Part shown: positions 19,338 to 28,716 of the stretch, in pieces
How the letters are laid out: each line of letters starts with the position of its first letter
How positions within the stretch are numbered: position 1 is the stretch's first letter
Source: Chloroherpetonaceae bacterium
Lineage (GTDB): Bacteria > Bacteroidota > Chlorobiia > Chlorobiales > Thermochlorobacteraceae
Direction: 5' to 3'
DNA length: 64,000 bases
NCBI GenBank assembly: GCA_025056565.1
Contig: JANWWA010000004.1
Location: 61,689-125,688, forward strand
The notes under the pieces: generated by a model
Database searches by the model: none
What the model was told of the DNA's origin: nothing
What the model saw: the letters and a program-made list of their open reading frames with translations, nothing else
Made by a program: the position numbers and the translations under genes

Positions 19338-20054
19338 GTGTCTGAAGCAACGCCACTAATTACGCTCCGAGCTGTTAGCCGAATATACAACCTCAATGCA
19401 GCGCCAGTAGTGGCGCTCAAAGGCGTCAGTTTCACAGTGATACGTGGCGAATATGTCTCTATTGTGGGCAAATCAGGCAGCGGCAAGTCAACTTTGCTGA
19501 ACCTAATTGGCGGAATGGATTTGCCGACTTCAGGGGAGATTGAAGCGGCAGGCAAAGTGCTGACGAAAATGAATGCGTCTGAGCTGGCACACTACCGACG
19601 GTATGTGGTCGGAATGATTTTCCAAGCCTTTAACCTCATTCCAAATATGACAGCTTGGGAAAATGTTGCGTTGCCAATGCTCTTTTCAGGCGTGCCAGAA
19701 TCGCAGCGGCAAGCCCGTGCCAAAATGTTGCTTGAACGCGTCGGACTAGAGCACCGCTTTAACCACCGTCCCGTTGAACTTTCAGGCGGCGAACAGCAGC
19801 GCGTGGCAATTGCTCGTGCCCTTGTCAATGATCCTGAGTTTTTACTGGCGGACGAACCTACAGGCAACTTGGACTCTCGCACATCTGAGGAAATTATTGC
19901 ACTGCTGCAAGACATTCATGCCAGAGGCAAAACCGTCCTGATGATTACGCATGACCTATCACTAGCAGAGCAACTCTCGACACGCATTATCACACTGCGA
20001 GATGGGGAAGTCATTTGCGACGAAGCTCATAAGCCAACTTTAAACAAAGTATGA
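19338..20054 (+). CDS. ABC transporter ATP-binding protein (MacB/LolD-type)
   Basis: Walker [10 protein letters not shown], signature [15 protein letters not shown], Walker [14 protein letters not shown]-loop ITHD. GTG start at 19338. Confidence 0.9.
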   Translation: MSEATPLITLRAVSRIYNLNAAPVVALKGVSFTVIRGEYVSIVGKSGSGKSTLLNLIGGMDLPTSGEIEAAGKVLTKMNASELAHYRRYVVGMIFQAFNLIPNMTAWENVALPMLFSGVPESQRQARAKMLLERVGLEHRFNHRPVELSGGEQQRVAIARALVNDPEFLLADEPTGNLDSRTSEEIIALLQDIHARGKTVLMITHDLSLAEQLSTRIITLRDGEVICDEAHKPTLNKV

Positions 20055-21418
20055 GTGCAAGCGACCTTGTGAAATTTGCCATAGGCAACTTGCGTCGTGC
20101 ACCGCTCCGCTCACTGCTCACAATTCTGGGCGTGGCGATTGGCACTGCCGCGCTCGTGGCAATGGTCTCTTTTGGCAGCGGTTTGCAAAAAACATTCTCT
20201 GATGAGTTTAGTGACCTCGAGCTATTCAATACGGTGCGCATCACGCCGACCCGTGTGGATCTCTCCACTATTTTCACGCTTTCCCGACGCACAGTACGAA
20301 ATCTCCAGCAGCCAGAAGAAAGAAATCAAATCATACTGACCGATTCAGTGCTTCAGCGTGTGCGCGACATCGTTCAGCCGCTGGCACCAAACGCTTTGGT
20401 TTATCCCGAAATCATCTTCCCATGTAAGGTCATCGTGGATACGATGGAAACAATTGTGATGGCAGAAGCCCTGCCTGCAGCCATTGCAAAAGTAGCGGGG
20501 TATCGTGAAATCCGCATCGGCAAGTTTTTTGAGAGCGATACGGCAAGCGATGTGGTGATTTCAGAAATTTTGCTCACTCGGATTGGGATTCGCAATCCGC
20601 AAGCAGCCATTGGAAAGCTCATCAAACTAACTACCATTGCCCTCGATGCTCAAAAATTGCTGACTAGCCCTTTGCCTATCTTCAGTGCAGGACTGCCAAT
20701 TGCTGAGCGCAGCTATGACTTTCGCATCGGTGGTGTGCTAAGCAGCGACATTCAGAAACTCTCCAGCGGCTTTCGCTTGATTTTGCCGATTGAGACCTCT
20801 GCAAAAATTAGCCGCCTGAATTTTCTTTCAACTATTGAACTTTTGCGCAGAAATGAACAAAGTGCGGGCTATCAAGCCATCATCATTCGCGCCAGTAATC
20901 AGAAAGAATGTGAAGCGATTGCCGCAGCGATGAATGCAATCGGGCTCAATGCCACAAGTTTTACCGACCAATTTGAGGAGTTCAAGAAACTTTTCTTGCT
21001 CTTCGACCTTGCGCTGGCTGTAATCGGCACCGTAGCGCTGGTGGTGGCAACGCTAGGTATTGCTAATACAATGGTAATGTCGGTGATGGAGCGATACCGT
21101 GAAATTGGCATTATGAAGGCAATTGGTGCAGGCGACGACGATATTCGCAAAATCTTTTTTGTAGAGAGCGCCGTCATTGGCTTCTTGGGGAGTGTTGCTG
21201 GACTGGTAATTGGACAGCTTGCAACTGAGGGCATCAATGCCTTAGTGAATTGGTATGTTTCATCGCAAACGGGCACGCGAATCGACTTCTTTTACTTTCC
21301 ACTTTGGTTAGTTTTGAGCGCAATTGGGTTTGCAGTGTTCATCAGTCTGGTAGCAGGTTTTTATCCAGCGCGCCGTGCAGCTCGCATTCAGCCTGTTGAA
21401 GCCCTGCGTTATCAGTGA
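20051..21418 (+). CDS. ABC transporter permease, FtsX/MacB-type
   Basis: ATGA overlap with the ATPase gene. N-terminal TM, a large periplasmic domain of about 270 aa, and three C-terminal TMs with ERYREIGIMKAIGA. Confidence 0.88.
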   Translation: MSASDLVKFAIGNLRRAPLRSLLTILGVAIGTAALVAMVSFGSGLQKTFSDEFSDLELFNTVRITPTRVDLSTIFTLSRRTVRNLQQPEERNQIILTDSVLQRVRDIVQPLAPNALVYPEIIFPCKVIVDTMETIVMAEALPAAIAKVAGYREIRIGKFFESDTASDVVISEILLTRIGIRNPQAAIGKLIKLTTIALDAQKLLTSPLPIFSAGLPIAERSYDFRIGGVLSSDIQKLSSGFRLILPIETSAKISRLNFLSTIELLRRNEQSAGYQAIIIRASNQKECEAIAAAMNAIGLNATSFTDQFEEFKKLFLLFDLALAVIGTVALVVATLGIANTMVMSVMERYREIGIMKAIGAGDDDIRKIFFVESAVIGFLGSVAGLVIGQLATEGINALVNWYVSSQTGTRIDFFYFPLWLVLSAIGFAVFISLVAGFYPARRAARIQPVEALRYQ

Positions 21419-21592
21419 GCACTTTATGCCTTGTCAATCTCTAATCAATCTCTAATTAGCGCCAACTCTGCCAGTAGAATTTGGCTAATGCTTAGACAAT
21501 TGCCGCTCTATCCTTCGCTCGCAGCGAGAACGAAGAAGTGTTATTGTTGGAGCAAACACAGCAGATCTAGACGCTTTGCCGTGCTGGTTTAT

Positions 21593-23782
21593 TTAGAGCT
21601 TTTCCAAGATGAACTCGGTCATTAGTTGGTGCAAGTGGAAGCGTGCTGGACCGCGAATGCCGTGATATTGCTCAGGGTAGAACATTGCTTGAAAAGATTT
21701 GCCAAGCTCCTGCAGCTTCTTGGCAAAGGCAACAGAATTCTGAAAATGCACATTGTCATCCAGCGTGCCGTGAATCAAGAGAAAGTGACCTTTGAGCTTG
21801 TCAGCGTGTGTAAGTGGGGCAGAGATTTCATAGCCTTTAGGATTGCGCTGCGGCGTATCCATATACCGCTCTGTGTAAATCGTGTCGTAAAATTTCCAGT
21901 GCGTAACGGGCGCGCCCGCGATGCCTGCCTTGAACACTGGCTCGCCCAGTGAGTTGCCATATGTCATACACATGGAGGCCATATAACCGCCGTAACTCCA
22001 CCCATAGATGCCAATCCGACTTTTGTCGACAAAGGGCAGCGATGAAAGAAACTTTGCGCCAGCCACTTGGTCTTCTGTTTCAGCGATGCCTAACTTTTTG
22101 TAGGTCAGTTTCTTAAACGCTGCGCCGCGAAAGCCCGTGCCCCGATTGTCCACACTGAAAACCAAATACCCTCGCTGTGAAAGGTAGTGATACCAAAGGT
22201 TGACCGCACCCCACATATTGCGCACAGTTTGTGAACCTGGACCGCCATAGACATGCATGAGGACAGGATATTTCCTTGACGAGTCAAAGTCTGCTGGCAA
22301 AAGCAGCCAAGCATTAAGTTCCACACCTGTCGCATTTTTGAACGTAAGAAACTGCACTTTGCCCATTCGGTATTCAGAGAGTGTTTTCTCCAGTGCTGCG
22401 TTGTTTTCCAGCTCACGCACAAGCGACCCATCTTTTTTGCGCAGGTAGAACTTTGGCGGTGTGCTGACACTCGAATATGTGTGGTAGTAAAGTGAGCCAT
22501 CGGGCGAAAACTCTGCGCTGTGCGTGCCACGCTCCGAAGTAAGCCGCCTAAGGTCAGAGCCATCAAACTTCACCGAATACAGATGCCGCTCCAGAGGACT
22601 TTCTTTCGCCGATGTGAAATAAAGCGTCTGGTTTGTCTCATCGACATAGAGCAAGGCATCGTCATCAAAATCGCCTTTGGTCAGTTGGGCTTTGAGCGTG
22701 CCGTCGTAGCCATAGAGATAAAAATGCTGGTAGCCATCACGGTCAGAACTCCAGATAAATGCTTCTGAATTCTTGAGGAAACGGTAGCCGTTATGTTCCA
22801 CTTCAATCCACGCTTCGCTGCGTTCTGTGAGCACAAGGCGAGAGGTCTTTTGCTCAATGTCATAGAAGAAAAGCTCCAGCACATTTTGCTGCCGGTTGAG
22901 CCGCTGGTAAGCCAGTCGCTTGGAATCAGGTAGCCAGTCAATGCGTGGAATGTAGATGTCCGTATTTTCGCCAAGGTCAATATAGGTCGGCTGCGGTCGG
23001 CGCGAATCGACACTGACGACACCAATTTTCACAAGCGAGTTTTTGTCACCTGCCTTGGGGTAGCGGTATTCCAGAAATGAGAGATAAAGCGAATCATACT
23101 TGGCGATTTTGAACTCAGGCACTTGGCTCTGGTCAAGTCGCCAGAAAGCAATGTGTTTGGAATCAGGCGACCACTGCCAGCCGTCAATGATGGAAAACTC
23201 TTCTTCATAAACCCAATCAAAAACGCCGTTGAGAACATTAGCGCTGCCATCTCGTGTAAGCTGCGTTTCCCTGCCTGTGTCAATGTCATAGACGAAAAGA
23301 TTTTTGTCGCGCACATAGCCAACCTTTTTGCCATCGGGCGAGAGCTTAATGATTTCATATTCACCTTTGATGCGGGAGATTTTCGTAACAAGGTTGGTCT
23401 TTCGGCTGTAGAGATAAACTTCACCGCCCGTTTTAAGCCGACGCGCAGGCAGTGCACCTGTAAGCAAGATATACTCTTTATCGCGACTGATTTCAAAGTG
23501 TGCAAAGTCAATTGGCTTGCCTAAAAACTTGAGGTCTTCGCCACGCACAAGAATTTCTTTCTGATTGTTTAGCGCATTAACAAGAACAATGTTCACTGTC
23601 TTAGTTTTTTCATCAGCCTCGAGTGCAGCATAGGTGTCGCCGCTAAACCAGTTAAACCCTTCCACAAAGCGTGGCAGGAGTTTGCGCGATTTGAAAATCT
23701 CCTCAAGCGTCAGAGATTTTTCTTGCGCAATAGCATATGTGGAAACCCAAAGAAGAAAAAATGAAACGATGAGACGAGTCAT
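21593..23782 (-). CDS. dipeptidyl-peptidase IV-like (S9B) serine peptidase, secreted
   Basis: Signal peptide from the ATG at 23782 (MTRLIVSFFLLWVSTYAIAQ). DPP-IV propeller region (WSPDSKHIAFWR, YPKAGDKN). Catalytic GWSYGGYM, LLIHGTLDDNVHFQN, YHGI. The start overlaps the stop of the M48 gene (ATGA at 23779-23782). Confidence 0.9.
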   Translation of the reverse strand: MTRLIVSFFLLWVSTYAIAQEKSLTLEEIFKSRKLLPRFVEGFNWFSGDTYAALEADEKTKTVNIVLVNALNNQKEILVRGEDLKFLGKPIDFAHFEISRDKEYILLTGALPARRLKTGGEVYLYSRKTNLVTKISRIKGEYEIIKLSPDGKKVGYVRDKNLFVYDIDTGRETQLTRDGSANVLNGVFDWVYEEEFSIIDGWQWSPDSKHIAFWRLDQSQVPEFKIAKYDSLYLSFLEYRYPKAGDKNSLVKIGVVSVDSRRPQPTYIDLGENTDIYIPRIDWLPDSKRLAYQRLNRQQNVLELFFYDIEQKTSRLVLTERSEAWIEVEHNGYRFLKNSEAFIWSSDRDGYQHFYLYGYDGTLKAQLTKGDFDDDALLYVDETNQTLYFTSAKESPLERHLYSVKFDGSDLRRLTSERGTHSAEFSPDGSLYYHTYSSVSTPPKFYLRKKDGSLVRELENNAALEKTLSEYRMGKVQFLTFKNATGVELNAWLLLPADFDSSRKYPVLMHVYGGPGSQTVRNMWGAVNLWYHYLSQRGYLVFSVDNRGTGFRGAAFKKLTYKKLGIAETEDQVAGAKFLSSLPFVDKSRIGIYGWSYGGYMASMCMTYGNSLGEPVFKAGIAGAPVTHWKFYDTIYTERYMDTPQRNPKGYEISAPLTHADKLKGHFLLIHGTLDDNVHFQNSVAFAKKLQELGKSFQAMFYPEQYHGIRGPARFHLHQLMTEFILEKL

Positions 23783-24894
23783 TGTTGCAGATAAGTTGAT
23801 TCCTGAGATGTTTTTTGAAAAGGTCTCTGGAACAAGGCGTTCCATTCTTCGGGCGAAAGATAGGATTTCGGGTGCAGTGTTGCAGACACTTTTTGCGCCA
23901 GTGCAGCGCGCTCCTTTTGCGACGGGTGCGTAGAAAGCACAGATGGAATTTCAAAGCTGCTGCTGCCAATGCGCTCTAAGAGGCGTGGCAAAGCGCGCGC
24001 ATCAAGACCAGCAGTTTGCAAAATTTGCAGGGCAAATTCATCGGCTTCAAGTTCTTCGCTGCGGCTGTAGGAGAGGTCAAGCAGATTGGAACTCTGGCTA
24101 AGCAAAATGCCAGAAAGTCCTTGCACATCACCAAAGGCAATGGAGAGCGTGACGGCAAAAAGTGCACTGCGCAAAAGGCGCTTTGAGCCGTGCCGCAACG
24201 CAACATGCCCAGCCTCATGGGCCAAAAGCCCAAAAAGTTCACTTTCGCTGCGAATTGAATCCAAAATACCACGATAAAGCACAATGTAACCACCAGGCAA
24301 AGCAAAGGCATTTTTGACCTGCCGATTTTCCACGACCATAATCTTGAGATGCAGGGCAGTGTCGCCGTGCCATCTGCGAATAAGCGTAGCACATTTTCGG
24401 AGTGTGGCATCTGCAGCAGAGTCTTTCTCGAGGCGTTCAGTGCGCAAAAAATCATTCAGTGCAGCTTCGCCTAAGGCGCGTTCCAGCTCAGGGGGCACTC
24501 GAGCCGCAGAATATGATACAAGGGCATTGATGCCCAGCGTAAAGAAGAGTACGCCCAAAGCAGCCAGCACACCAAAGAAAATGAGCGTGCGAAGATAAAA
24601 GGGCGTTTTGAACTCGCGGCTTGCCTTAAAAAACCCGTTTCGTTCCAGTACTGCAATGCCAGCACGGTCAGAGAGCATCACGACACTATCTCCCAGTGCC
24701 TCTGCTGTGATTTTGACAAACTCTGTGTTCGGCTGCTCTGAGACTTGGAACGAACCGACAGGCAAGTCTATACCTGCATCTTGCTTTTCGATGTGCAAGC
24801 CACTGGGTGCAATACGCAGCACAATGCGCTCAGGCGTTGAGGCGCTGCGATGAAAGAGCTGTGCAACCCCTTGCCATTCCAGCGGTTCTGGCAT
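23779..24894 (-). CDS. M48-family zinc metallopeptidase, membrane-anchored
   Basis: HExxH motif LLAHEAGHVALRH with downstream EELEADEFAL. A hydrophobic segment LIFFGVLAALGVLFFTLGINALV precedes the catalytic domain. Confidence 0.85.
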   Translation of the reverse strand: MPEPLEWQGVAQLFHRSASTPERIVLRIAPSGLHIEKQDAGIDLPVGSFQVSEQPNTEFVKITAEALGDSVVMLSDRAGIAVLERNGFFKASREFKTPFYLRTLIFFGVLAALGVLFFTLGINALVSYSAARVPPELERALGEAALNDFLRTERLEKDSAADATLRKCATLIRRWHGDTALHLKIMVVENRQVKNAFALPGGYIVLYRGILDSIRSESELFGLLAHEAGHVALRHGSKRLLRSALFAVTLSIAFGDVQGLSGILLSQSSNLLDLSYSRSEELEADEFALQILQTAGLDARALPRLLERIGSSSFEIPSVLSTHPSQKERAALAQKVSATLHPKSYLSPEEWNALFQRPFQKTSQESTYLQQ

Positions 24895-25120
24895 ATAGTT
24901 GAACCAGTTGAGTCGTGAAAAATACTAACTACAAAATTGCCAAATCTTGAGGAAAGATGAACGCCTTCTGCTACAGCATTAAAACGTTGCCAGAGTCATG
25001 CACGAGGGAGAAATCAGGCGTAGCGAACAAAGCATAAAGCAGTCTCAAAGACGCTGTGCATTTCTTTAGCGGGTGAGCGTGTATTTTTGCGCCTAATTTT
25101 AACTGAGCATATTTCAAACA

Positions 25121-25981
25121 ATGGCGGTAAAACTTCGGCTTGTCCAACACGATTGCGTGCTAGCAAACTTTAATGAAAATCTCTGCAAACATATTGCGTT
25201 TTGTGAGCAAGCGATCCGAGACGGCATAGAATTCATTGCATTCCCCGAACTTTCGCTGACTGGCTACCTTGTGCAAGATGCAGCGCAAGACTTAGCCATG
25301 CACATTTCAGATGAGCGCCTGCAGCCGCTTCGAGAACTCTCTAAGCATCTCTCAATTCTCTGTGGCGGCATTGAACTCTCTGATGATTACGGGGTCTATA
25401 ATGCGGCATTTTTCTTCGAGGATGGTATAGCAAAGGTAGCGCATCGCAAGGTTTATCTGCCAACCTACGGAATGTTTGAAGAACTGCGCTACTTTCAAGC
25501 AGGTCAGCGCATTGAGCCGATTGAATCGCGGCGGCTAGGCAAGATAGGGATTGCGATTTGTGAAGATAATTGGCACGTTACAGTGCCGCTGCTGCACGCT
25601 TTGCAAGGCGCAAAAATACTCTTTGCAATGGTAAATAGCCCATTGCGAATAGATTTTGAGACAGGCGATATAAGCGTGGCGGCAGTATGGCAGCGGCTGA
25701 CACGCACATTTGCCGGGCTTTTTTCTGTGTATGTCGCATTCGTGAGCCGAGTAGGCAATGAAGATGGGCTGACATACTGGGGCGGCTCTGAGGTGATTGC
25801 GCCAGATAGCTCGCAGGTGGCGTCTTTGCCTCAGTTTGTGGAAGCAGCCTTAGACTGCACAATTGATATGAACGCTGTAAAACGCGCTCGCTTGCGTTCC
25901 TCCCATTTTCTTGATGAAGATGTGCGCCTAATTGCAGCGGAACTGCAGCGGATTGTGGCTAAGCAGCATAACTTAGGCTAA
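25121..25981 (+). CDS. carbon-nitrogen hydrolase (nitrilase superfamily) protein
   Basis: Glu-Lys-Cys triad contexts FPELSLTGY, HRKVYLP, IAICEDNWH. Confidence 0.85.
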   Translation: MAVKLRLVQHDCVLANFNENLCKHIAFCEQAIRDGIEFIAFPELSLTGYLVQDAAQDLAMHISDERLQPLRELSKHLSILCGGIELSDDYGVYNAAFFFEDGIAKVAHRKVYLPTYGMFEELRYFQAGQRIEPIESRRLGKIGIAICEDNWHVTVPLLHALQGAKILFAMVNSPLRIDFETGDISVAAVWQRLTRTFAGLFSVYVAFVSRVGNEDGLTYWGGSEVIAPDSSQVASLPQFVEAALDCTIDMNAVKRARLRSSHFLDEDVRLIAAELQRIVAKQHNLG

Positions 25982-26004
25982 GCACGCCTCAGTGCAAAGC
26001 AACC

Positions 26005-26361
26005 CTACTCAAACTTTTTTACCGTTGGGCGACGTAGCTCCTGCCGTGAGCGCGGATGAGGCTGCAAAGAGCGCAGTCGCTCCTGACGAGATTTTCGGTC
26101 AACGACAAAGATGGTAACCTCAATTTCATCTTCACTATACCCTGCAGCTTGTGCAGCGGCGATAACTGCTTTATAAGTCGCTTCACTCAGGAGAGACTTG
26201 GGCGTGCCAGTAGTCTGAAAGTAAAAGTATTCTGTGCGATAGGTGCTGTCCGCAGCCAAAGTAGAAGTCGCACTTGGCGTGTCGCAGTGGCGATGTGGCG
26301 TGCTCGAGGGTGAAGATGAAAGTAGCAGTGCGGCAGTGAGCAAAAACAAACCTCGTTTCAT
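26005..26361 (-). CDS. small secreted hypothetical protein
   Basis: ATG start and signal-like N-terminus MKRGLFLLTAALLLSSSPSS. No recognisable family and no obvious SD. Confidence 0.5.
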   Translation of the reverse strand: MKRGLFLLTAALLLSSSPSSTPHRHCDTPSATSTLAADSTYRTEYFYFQTTGTPKSLLSEATYKAVIAAAQAAGYSEDEIEVTIFVVDRKSRQERLRSLQPHPRSRQELRRPTVKKFE

Positions 26362-26563
26362 ACTCTGCTAGGTAAGATTAAGGGCAACCTGTTCAGCAGG
26401 AAGCTAAGACTTCTATGTGAAAAAGCAAATTGCGTTGCGGCGCACAAGTTATGCCATCATGTTTTATGGCAGGTCGAGTTGTGAGTTACTTAGGCTGCTC
26501 CCCGCAGCAAAGCAATAAAAGATGCAGAGCCGTCTTTCTATGCAGGAATAGTATAGCTACTGG

Positions 26564-27370
26564 CTAAGCAGCCTTGTAACCACGACGAATTTCATAGAGC
26601 GTCAGCACGGGGATGACTTCAGTGTGCACAAATCCAGCGGCTTGCATCATCTCAATCAGATTGCCGCTCAGAAAAGCTTCTGCATATGGTTCAAGGAAAA
26701 GCAGACTACTGATATTGCCACCTAATTTTGAAATGCTGGTAGACTGCGCGCCGTCAAACACCAAAAACACTCCGCCGGGCTTTAGCACACGCAGCGCTTC
26801 TTTCATCACGTTTAGCCCTGCCTCAGGCGGCATTTCGTGAAAGAGCAGCGAAGCAGTCACAGCATCAAAAGTGTTGCTCTCAAAGGGTAAATGCTCCGCG
26901 TTGGCATGAAGAAAAGTGATGTTGGAAAACGCTCTAGCTTTGAGCTGCGCAGCTGCAATCATATACGGCGAAAGGTCAATGCCGACTATTTGTGCATTCG
27001 GTAGTCGTTCTGCAATAAAGCGCGTTGCAGTGCCTGTGCCGCAGCCCAAATCCAAAATGTGCTGGGCGTCACTGGGAAACATCTGGGCAAGCGTTGTGCG
27101 GAGATACGACTCACTGGGTACAAGAATTTTATTCGTAATTGGGTCGTATGTGATGGCGGCATCCTTATTAAGGTATCCGCCCTCTACGCTATGAAAATCT
27201 TGAAGGTAGTAGTCGGGATACTGCACGCTGGGGTTTTTGAGTCTAGCGCCCTCTGCTTGTAGGTCAACACCGTCAAAGATGCGTTCCGTAAGAAGCGGGC
27301 GCAACCACGCTTCGTTGGCTTCCAGAAAATTGACAATGCTTTGCTGAAGAAAACTGCGAGCTACTTTCAT
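26564..27370 (-). CDS. class I SAM-dependent methyltransferase (type 11-like)
   Basis: SAM motif I ILDLGCGTG, post-I IVGIDLSPYM, motif II/III FDAVTASLLFHEMP and LKPGGVFLVFDG. The ATG at 27370 is preferred over the GTG at 27418, but the start is uncertain. Confidence 0.8.
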   Translation of the reverse strand: MKVARSFLQQSIVNFLEANEAWLRPLLTERIFDGVDLQAEGARLKNPSVQYPDYYLQDFHSVEGGYLNKDAAITYDPITNKILVPSESYLRTTLAQMFPSDAQHILDLGCGTGTATRFIAERLPNAQIVGIDLSPYMIAAAQLKARAFSNITFLHANAEHLPFESNTFDAVTASLLFHEMPPEAGLNVMKEALRVLKPGGVFLVFDGAQSTSISKLGGNISSLLFLEPYAEAFLSGNLIEMMQAAGFVHTEVIPVLTLYEIRRGYKAA

Positions 27371-27608
27371 ACTACGTGTCGGTTGAATTGCAGCAGCTCT
27401 AACGGTGATTTCAAGCACGACGTTTCAGGGGCAAGATAGGAATTACGAGAATCACGCGCTGTTCGGTTTGGAATTGAGCCGCAAAGGCGCTACATTTAAG
27501 CGGTTCACTGAGCGTAGAAATCCGCACCTTTGGATACCCAAGTCGCTGTATCTAAGTCGCTTCTCGCTCTGACCACACTTAATAACTTAAACTTACTACG
27601 CTCAGACA

Positions 27609-27935
27609 ATGGCAACGAAACTCTATGTCGGCAACTTGAATTACGCTACCAGTGAAGAAGGGCTTCGCAACGTTTTTGCCAATTTCGGCGAAATCGTTTC
27701 TGTGAAGATTATTCAAGGAAAAGGCTTCGGTTTTGTGGAGTATAAGTCCGCAGACGACGCCGAAGCAGCTAAGGAAGCTCTAAACAACACACAATTAGAC
27801 GGTCGCTCCATCAAGGTAAGCGATGCACGCCCACAAGAAAAGAAGTCCTTTGGAGAACGAGGCGGATTGGGAGGCGAGCGAAGATTCGGTGGTAGCAAAG
27901 GCAGTAGCGGTTATCAGCGGCGTGAACGCTACTAA
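27609..27935 (+). CDS. RRM-type RNA-binding protein with Gly/Arg-rich tail
   Basis: RNP-2 KLYVGNL and RNP-1 KGFGFVEY. C-terminal GERGGLGGERRFGGSKGSSGYQRRERY. Confidence 0.92.
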   Translation: MATKLYVGNLNYATSEEGLRNVFANFGEIVSVKIIQGKGFGFVEYKSADDAEAAKEALNNTQLDGRSIKVSDARPQEKKSFGERGGLGGERRFGGSKGSSGYQRRERY

Positions 27936-28016
27936 GCCTGTCTCAGCGTGCCGCACCGCTTGCAGGCAATACGGCTTTCTTGCATAAATCTTTCTTTGCA
28001 ACCAGCTCTGTCAGCA

Positions 28017-28481
28017 ATGCTTGAGCAATGGATGGAGTGGGCTTTGCGGGAAGCCGAAAAAGCTTTTGAGCACAATGAAATTCCCGTCGGTGCCGTTGTG
28101 ATTGACGCCAACGGCACCGTTGTCGGCAGAGGACACAACCAAGTGGAGATGCTGAGCGACGCTACAGCACACGCTGAGATGATTGCACTCACGGCGGCAA
28201 TGGCGACCCTTGGAACGAAATATCTCCCTGACTGCACGCTGGTCGTTACCTTAGAGCCTTGCCCAATGTGTGCAGGGGCAATTGTCTTGGCAAAAATCGG
28301 GCGCGTTGTCTTTGGCAGTTACGATGGGAAATGGGGAGCGTGCGGCACTGTATTTAATCTCGTGGAGTCTCACAAGCTGAATCACCGTGCTGAAGTGATA
28401 GGTGGTGTCTTGGAAGAACGCTGCACCACGCTCATCAAATCATTTTTTGCTTCCTTGCGCCTCAGACCAGCAAAGAATTGA
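28017..28481 (+). CDS. tadA: tRNA adenosine(34) deaminase
   Basis: Deaminase zinc motifs HAEMIAL and PCPMCAGA. The ATG at 28017 gives a typical 154-aa protein. Confidence 0.9.
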   Translation: MLEQWMEWALREAEKAFEHNEIPVGAVVIDANGTVVGRGHNQVEMLSDATAHAEMIALTAAMATLGTKYLPDCTLVVTLEPCPMCAGAIVLAKIGRVVFGSYDGKWGACGTVFNLVESHKLNHRAEVIGGVLEERCTTLIKSFFASLRLRPAKN

Positions 28482-28716
28482 AGACCCGAAGTAACGCATC
28501 TGTCGTCAGGTTTCTCCCTTCCACCTTGCGGGAACACTTCACTTAGCGGCGGCAAGAATAACGGGCGAACGCACGAGGTGCTGTTGTCCCCGCTCAGAGG
28601 AAAGTGACCCTTCACAGGGTGGCACGCTAAAGTGTGCGCATCTCTATGTTGTCTTGCGAGCAATTTTGTGCAAATTTTTTAGTCTGTCGGTACAGAACAA
28701 ATCTAATTCAACTAAA
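28482..28716 (+). other. 235-nt spacer: GC-rich hairpin-forming element plus AT-rich promoter-like tail upstream of the CDF-sugE-scsB operon; possible cis-regulatory RNA
   Basis: Local hairpins ACCCT-TCAC-AGGGT (28607-28620) and GCACGC-TAAA-GTGTGC (28622-28637). An alternative pairing is GTGCT (28578-28582) with GGCAC (28621-28625). Contains the string ACGAGGTGC (28573-28581). No riboswitch class could be confirmed by eye. Confidence 0.25.

Noticed and set aside
21435-21456. Exact tandem duplication CAATCTCTAAT-CAATCTCTAAT in the spacer after the ABC permease gene.
   Set aside because: Only two copies with no spacers, so it is neither a CRISPR array nor a minisatellite. Most simply it is a slippage duplication. 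No associated feature was found.
28594-28640. The string GAGGAAAGU, followed by CAGGGUGGCACGC-UAAA-GUGUGC, resembles the CR-I/P4 region and a following hairpin of bacterial RNase P RNA.
   Set aside because: RNase P RNA needs about 330-400 nt. Only about 120 nt remain before the well-supported CDF start at 28717. The 5' side does not give P1-P3-like pairing, and GUGACCC does not match the conserved GUCCGGGC.
28382-28663. 93-aa minus-strand ORF spanning the tadA 3' end and the downstream spacer.
   Set aside because: It overlaps the conserved tadA C-terminus in antisense, and its product has no family resemblance.
28482-28716. Possible SRP (4.5S) RNA, considered because the SRP RNA gene follows tadA in Bacillus and the sequence has GGUGCUGUU...CCCGC near 28577-28593.
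   Set aside because: The invariant helix-8 elements (GNRA tetraloop context and GGAAGCAGC) are absent on both strands. No long 5'/3' closing helix can be drawn.
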